The position numbers and the translations under genes were made by a program. DNA of 40,465 nt from Polyangiales bacterium (GTDB lineage Bacteria > Myxococcota_A > Polyangia > Polyangiales > Houyiibacteriaceae), in contig JBGCFM010000038.1 in assembly GCA_045106895.1 (NCBI GenBank), forward strand, positions 1-40,465. The letters run 5' to 3'. Of the stretch, positions 35,573 to 40,465 are shown piece after piece; the first letter of the stretch is position 1, and each line of letters opens with the position of its first letter. The notes under the pieces are model-generated. The model was not told the DNA's origin, ran no database searches, and was given only the letters and a program-made list of their open reading frames with translations.

Positions 35573-37071
35573 GGGGTCTCCTCGCGAACGCTTCCACCCT
35601 CGGGCCCAAAGTCGTGAGGCAAGCTCCCACGCGGCGAGCGTAGGTAGACGAAGGGCGTCTGGTCCATGAGGTTTCCGACGCGCGCCATGTACACGTCCGC
35701 GCTCTTCTCCACCTGACGCGCAAGATGACTCTTGTCGTTTCCTGCACGCATGAGGAGGCCCCAGCGCTTGTTCGAGAGCTGCCCGGACTCGATTGCCAGA
35801 GGAGCAATCTTCGCGTCGATTTCTTTCAGCTCATCACGGAAGCCCGCGATGTGCGCTTTTAGCTCTTCGATGCTCTCGTCGACCTGGGGGCCGTACCCCG
35901 CGCTCTTCCTCTGAATGGCGAGGCGTACGATGGAGTACTGATGTTCGATGATCTCTTTGCGCTCCATCAACGAGCTCAGCAGGGCCTGCTTCTCACGGAA
36001 TGCGTAGAGCGACTCAAGATCAGTCTCCAGTTCACGGACGACGAGCGCCGTGCGCCATCGATGAATCTTCTTGCTCACGTTCACATCGCTGAAGATGTGG
36101 TCGCCCACGTAGAGGATATCTTCGCCGCGGACTCCGAGGTGCTTCTCGACGGCAGCGGCATTTCCACCCAGATAGGCTTTTCCCGCCTCAAGGGACCCGA
36201 CGACTGGCGCAAGGTGGCCCTTCTCTTCGTCCACGACCTCGAAGATCGGCGCGTTCGCCGCGAAGAAGTCGGGCTTCCGCGCAGAAACGATGACGAGGTC
36301 AAAGAGGTCGCGCCACGTCCCATTCGGTACGTGCGGGTCGATGGCGAACTTCATCATCGCCTGCGTATAAGACCACTCGCTGTTCGTGATGAGCAGCACC
36401 TTCTTACCGCTCGCGCGCAAATCCATGAGGGCCATCGGCACATCGGGATCCATGACGACGAACGCTTCGGGGTCGGCGATAATCTCCGCCTTTAGCTCCC
36501 CCATCATGTGGGCGGCGTCGATGGCGGACCGGGTCAGTCGATACGCGTCGATGTAGCTCATCGGAGGCCTTGCGCCGTTCTCGCCGATGGGTACCCCAGT
36601 CATGCTCTCGCGAAGCCGGCCTTCGTCGAGGAGGTCGACGACCTGCGCAAAGAGGCACGCTTCGCTGAGGGCGAAGAGCGTGTTCATGAACACCCACCGC
36701 GAGTCCGCCAGATCGATGAGTTCCCTGGCGTAGATCGCTTTCTGCTCTGTGTGCGAGAGCATCTGCGTTCCGTGGCAGGCGCGCTTCACGAAGCCAAAAC
36801 GGTTCGCCTTAACGACGTTTCCAAGCTCGAGATCCAAAATCAGCCCCAGGGAGGCAAAGTCGGGGTCGAAACGCAGGTCCTCCACCGGCCAGCCACGCTC
36901 GAGAAGGCGCTTTCGGGCGTGCTCGTAGGCGCGCTCCTCCCACTTCTTGGTGTGGTAGTGGACCAGCGTGTAGTCCATATCGAAGCCCACGGCCTGAATC
37001 CCGCGCAGGTTCAGCGTGCGATTACAAAAGATACGGCGCTCAGGCGCCGGGAACTCCTCAAACCAACTCAT
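35569..37071 (-). CDS. HAD-IG family 5'-nucleotidase (cN-II type)
   Basis: RIFCNRTLNL, GFDMDYTL, LITNSEW, ARKPDFF, LYVGDHIFSDV, WRTALVVREL. Confidence 0.93.
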   Translation of the reverse strand: MSWFEEFPAPERRIFCNRTLNLRGIQAVGFDMDYTLVHYHTKKWEERAYEHARKRLLERGWPVEDLRFDPDFASLGLILDLELGNVVKANRFGFVKRACHGTQMLSHTEQKAIYARELIDLADSRWVFMNTLFALSEACLFAQVVDLLDEGRLRESMTGVPIGENGARPPMSYIDAYRLTRSAIDAAHMMGELKAEIIADPEAFVVMDPDVPMALMDLRASGKKVLLITNSEWSYTQAMMKFAIDPHVPNGTWRDLFDLVIVSARKPDFFAANAPIFEVVDEEKGHLAPVVGSLEAGKAYLGGNAAAVEKHLGVRGEDILYVGDHIFSDVNVSKKIHRWRTALVVRELETDLESLYAFREKQALLSSLMERKEIIEHQYSIVRLAIQRKSAGYGPQVDESIEELKAHIAGFRDELKEIDAKIAPLAIESGQLSNKRWGLLMRAGNDKSHLARQVEKSADVYMARVGNLMDQTPFVYLRSPRGSLPHDFGPEGGSVREETP

Positions 37072-37124
37072 TCATCGTCCTATCTACGGGGGGCGACAAC
37101 GCTAGCCCTGGCGGGTGGGTCGCG

Positions 37125-38201
37125 CTACTCGCCGCGAGGCGTGGGTCGCGGATAGCTCCCCAAGATCCGGACGTGACGGGAGACGCCCCGGAGCTCTTCG
37201 AGGCCCGTGAGAATCGGACGGTCCGTCACATGTCCGTCCATCTCCACGAAGAAGAGGTAGCGCCAGGCTGTACCGCTAGCCGGGCGTGACTCCAAACGCG
37301 TTAGATTAATGCCGCGCTCGGCAAGGGGCCGCAGGGTCTCGTAGAGGGCGCCGGGCGTGTCCCCGACGGCCATCGCGATGACCGTTCGATCGCGTCCCGT
37401 ACGAGATGGCAGGGTCTTCCCGACGATCGCGAATCGTGTCGAGAGCCCTCGTTCGTCATCGACTCCCTCGACGACAACACGCAAGCCATCACCGGCGAGC
37501 ACATCGGGTCCGATCACCGCGGCTTTATCGTCCTCGCGGGCAAAATCGGCTGCCACGGAACCGAGCGCCGTGTCGTGGAGTGTCGCCCGCGGGAACTCTC
37601 TTCGCACGAAGCCCTCCGCCGCCGCGAGACTTCCTCGGGTTCCATAAATGCGCTCGACGCGGCCACGCTCCCCCGAGCTTGACCAAAGGTGGTGCACGAC
37701 GTCGACGGTCACCTCCGCGCAAATGTGTGCTTCGCTTCGAACGAGGCCTGTCAGCGTGGCGGTGACGGCGCCGTCGGTGGAAGTCTCAAGAGGAAGCACC
37801 ACGTACGAGGCGGAGTCTCGGCCAAGCTCGTCGAGGGCCGAACCAACGCTCGGGGCGCTCTCGTAGGATGTGGACGCTCCGAAGTGAGAGCGGGCGGCGA
37901 CGTGCGCGAAGCTCCCCCGCCCGCCGACCACCACCACGCGCCGTTCTTCCAGCAGCGCGTGAGAGGCACTGAGTACCTCGCGGACGATGGCACGAACGCC
38001 CTTATCCGGGAGCCCGCTCACATGTTCCGTCACGCGACGGATGCAGTCTTCGTCGCCAAGTCTTGGAAAGTACTCGCCCGGCGAGTCTTGGCGAATCTTG
38101 GCAGCCGCCTTCACCGCAGCCGCTCTTTTGGAGAGCGCTGCGGCGAGCTCCGTGTCGGCCTGCTCCAGCTGGGCCATCGCTTCGTCGTAGTTCCGCCCCA
38201 T
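37125..38201 (-). CDS. pheA: Chorismate mutase/prephenate dehydratase (P-protein) homologue, divergent
   Basis: AroQ-like N-terminal helices, PLETSTDGAV, STRF, ACT domain PGALYETL...INLTRLESRP...YLFFVEMDGH, ILGSYP. Confidence 0.85.
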   Translation of the reverse strand: MGRNYDEAMAQLEQADTELAAALSKRAAAVKAAAKIRQDSPGEYFPRLGDEDCIRRVTEHVSGLPDKGVRAIVREVLSASHALLEERRVVVVGGRGSFAHVAARSHFGASTSYESAPSVGSALDELGRDSASYVVLPLETSTDGAVTATLTGLVRSEAHICAEVTVDVVHHLWSSSGERGRVERIYGTRGSLAAAEGFVRREFPRATLHDTALGSVAADFAREDDKAAVIGPDVLAGDGLRVVVEGVDDERGLSTRFAIVGKTLPSRTGRDRTVIAMAVGDTPGALYETLRPLAERGINLTRLESRPASGTAWRYLFFVEMDGHVTDRPILTGLEELRGVSRHVRILGSYPRPTPRGE

Positions 38202-38206
38202 GCTTC

Positions 38207-38215
38207 ACTCTAGCA
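38207..38215 (-). promoter_or_regulatory. Putative extended -10 element of pheA (leaderless-like)
   Basis: Minus strand TGC-TAGAGT, 5 nt before ATG 38201; no SD. Confidence 0.45.
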
Positions 38216-38233
38216 GCACCTGAGCGGAGCGCC

Positions 38234-40465
38234 CTATTCCGCCGACTCGTCACTTTCCGTGGCGAGGAGCTGGCGAAGACGGGCGAGCGCAACCAGCGCA
38301 TCCACAGGCGTCATATGGTCCACGTCGAGCTCCGCCAGCGTATCCAGGACCCTCGACTTCTTAGCGGGAGCCGGGGGCGCGAAGAGCTCAAGCTGCGCTC
38401 TTCCTTGCGAATCGAGGCCTCGAACACGCGCAGGTGCGCCAGAGGGCAGCGCGCTCCCGTCTTCAAGATCGCCCAGGAGCGCTCGCGCGCGAGCGAGCAC
38501 AATCGCGGGCACTCCCGCCAGACGAGCAACGGCCACGCCGTAAGAGCGGTTGGCGCCGCCCGGCGTCAGCTTATGGAGGAACACGACTTCGCCTCCGTAC
38601 TCCTTCGCCGACACGTTGTAGTTGACGGCGCCTTCGCACACGGCGCTGAGCTCGCAAAGCTCGTGGTAGTGAGTGGCGAAAATCCCGCGACAACGGACAG
38701 CGTCGTGGAGGTGTTCGGCAATGGCCCAAGCGATGGCGAGGCCATCGTAGGTGCTCGTTCCGCGACCAACTTCATCCAAGATCACCAAGCTTCGCGACGT
38801 GGCGTTCCGAAGAATCTCCGCGGCTTCCTGCATCTCAACCATGAACGTCGATTGACCCGCCGCCAGATTGTCGCTCGCACCCACGCGTGTGAACACACGG
38901 TCGACGAGTCCGATACGCGCCGCGTCTGCCGGAACGAAGGACCCCGCCTGCGCCATAATGACGATGAGCGCGACCTGCCGCATCGTCGTCGACTTGCCGG
39001 ACATATTCGGGCCCGTCAGCACCATGAAGCGCTCGCCGCTGGTGTCTAGGTTCAGGTCGTTGGGCACGAAGGAACCGGACGCGACGAGCCGCTCGACAAC
39101 GGGGTGCCGCGACTCGCGGAGCTCCAGCGCGCTCCCTTCGCTTACTTCGGGGCGGCAGTACCCATAGCGCGTCGCGACGTCCGCCAGCGCCGCGTCCACA
39201 TCGAGGGCGGCGACCTGGGCGGCAGCGCTTCGAAGCGTAAATGCTGCGCCTGCGACGGCCTGAAGGACTTCCTGAAAGATGCGCCCTTCGATCTTCTTCG
39301 AGGTCTCGTCCGCGAGAGCGATGCGGTCCTGGAGCCCAGAGAGCTCTTCTGTGACGAAGCGTTCGCCGTTCGCGATGGTCTGCTTTCGTGTGTAGTCATC
39401 CGGCACCGACCCCAAGTGAGTCCGCGTGACTTCGATATAGTAGCCAAACACCCGGTTGAATCGAATCTTCAGTGACGAGATGCCCGTGCGCTCTCGCTCG
39501 CGCAGCTCGATCTTCAGAATGACGTCCTTCGCGTTCTGGCTGAGCTCCCGATTCTGGTCGAGCTTCTCATCCACGCCCGGCCGAATGATTCCACCGTCTC
39601 GAATCGTCGCCGGTGGCTCGTCGACGAGCTGCGTCTCCAGCAGCGCCAGCACCTCTTCGCCCCACTCTTCCGGGAGCGCATGCGAGAGCGCGTCATCGAG
39701 GCCGACGCTTCGCGAGAGTAGTTCTCGAACCAGCGTGATCCGACGAAGGGCCTCGCGAATGGAGCCGAGGTCCCGCGGAGAGGCGACGCCCGCGGTGGCG
39801 CGGGTCGCAAGGCGCTCAAGGTCCGGCATGCCGGCGAGCGTGTCTCGCATCTCGTCTCGGAGTCCGCCATCGACGACAAACGCTTCCACGCGGTCGTGAC
39901 GCCTCCGTATGGCAGCGATGTCGAGGAGCGGCGTCAGGATCCTCCGGCGAAGCAAACGCGCGCCCATCGAAGTCTTCGTTCGGTCGATGGTGTGGAGCAG
40001 CGAACCTGACTTCTCGCCGGCGAGGGTTCGAACGAGCTCAAGGTTACGAACCGCCACATCGTCGAGGACGAGGTGGGAGCGCGGGTCGTAGTGTCCCACC
40101 CGCTGTACTTGAAGCGCTCCGCCCGCGAGGTTCTTGCGTGCATACGCGAGGGCGAGGGCTGCGGCCTGACGAGCAGGTCCTTCGAGCACGGTCTCCTCAT
40201 CCCCGAGGGCTTCCTCCAGGACTCCCTCCATATCGTGGCTCTCGCGCCGCAGAACCGCACGGCCGCCGCCCGCTTCCAAGGCCTCGTAGAGGACCTCAAG
40301 TCCCTCGAGGGGAAAAAGCACTTCACGAGGAGAGAGACGCGCGGGCTCGGCGATGGTCGCCGCGTGGGCGGGGGGTGAACGGGCTGGGAGGTGGGCCGGG
40401 GTCGGCGCGAGGGCCGCAAGACCGAAGGAGTCCTCGGCGGCGTGAAGCGCGACGAGGTAGTTGCC
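38234..40465 (-). CDS. mutS: DNA mismatch repair protein MutS, 5'-truncated by the window edge
   Basis: Frame open to the edge (GNYLVAL...FGLAAL...LSPREVL); NRVFGYYIEV, RHPVVE, GPNMSGKST, GQSTFMVEM, DEVGRGTSTYDG, ATHYHEL, clamp-binding-like QLELF. Confidence 0.97.
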   Translation of the reverse strand, partial: GNYLVALHAAEDSFGLAALAPTPAHLPARSPPAHAATIAEPARLSPREVLFPLEGLEVLYEALEAGGGRAVLRRESHDMEGVLEEALGDEETVLEGPARQAAALALAYARKNLAGGALQVQRVGHYDPRSHLVLDDVAVRNLELVRTLAGEKSGSLLHTIDRTKTSMGARLLRRRILTPLLDIAAIRRRHDRVEAFVVDGGLRDEMRDTLAGMPDLERLATRATAGVASPRDLGSIREALRRITLVRELLSRSVGLDDALSHALPEEWGEEVLALLETQLVDEPPATIRDGGIIRPGVDEKLDQNRELSQNAKDVILKIELRERERTGISSLKIRFNRVFGYYIEVTRTHLGSVPDDYTRKQTIANGERFVTEELSGLQDRIALADETSKKIEGRIFQEVLQAVAGAAFTLRSAAAQVAALDVDAALADVATRYGYCRPEVSEGSALELRESRHPVVERLVASGSFVPNDLNLDTSGERFMVLTGPNMSGKSTTMRQVALIVIMAQAGSFVPADAARIGLVDRVFTRVGASDNLAAGQSTFMVEMQEAAEILRNATSRSLVILDEVGRGTSTYDGLAIAWAIAEHLHDAVRCRGIFATHYHELCELSAVCEGAVNYNVSAKEYGGEVVFLHKLTPGGANRSYGVAVARLAGVPAIVLARARALLGDLEDGSALPSGAPARVRGLDSQGRAQLELFAPPAPAKKSRVLDTLAELDVDHMTPVDALVALARLRQLLATESDESAE

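Noticed and set aside
40361..40412. G-run cluster as a functional G-quadruplex
   Set aside because: Lies within mutS coding sequence and coincides with the suspected G-overcall artefact.
1..40465. Prophage, defence island, tRNA/rRNA or autonomous IS
   Set aside because: No integrase, transposase, cas, phage or stable-RNA signatures recognised; gene content is mostly housekeeping with no evident compositional break.

Overview
High-GC chromosomal segment with about 34 tightly packed protein-coding genes. Gene content (Cys-rich lipoprotein, Pro-rich TonB-C/AgmX-like protein, PilT paralogue, TPR proteins) suggests Myxococcota, probably Polyangiales-like; this is inference. Contents: a MoxR-DUF58-BatA/VWA-VWA/GATase operon, an orphan GAF-GAF histidine kinase, LysM and CpoB-like envelope genes, accA, a manA-like/GT2/deacetylase/rnhA block, AI-2E and HupE/UreJ membrane proteins, a rifampin-phosphotransferase-like dikinase coupled to a RluA-family enzyme, MepA, an atypical RNase HII, pilT, purF, maf, a cN-II nucleotidase, a degenerate pheA and a 5'-truncated mutS. 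No rRNA, tRNA, CRISPR array, integrase or transposase was seen. The best unexplained signal is non-coding: two homologous 168/169-bp palindromic elements (1589-1756, 9410-9578) and a solo end (20192-20220). The two full copies share only about 60% identity in their arms but keep the same rod-like hairpin through compensatory changes, a shared C-C mismatch and a conserved apical motif. All three sit on the TAG stop codon (within CTAG) of a neighbouring gene, which suggests a structured MITE-like family. Several enzymes show loss of catalytic motifs. The mutS end of the window shows a one-directional X-to-G error pattern that is probably a sequencing artefact.
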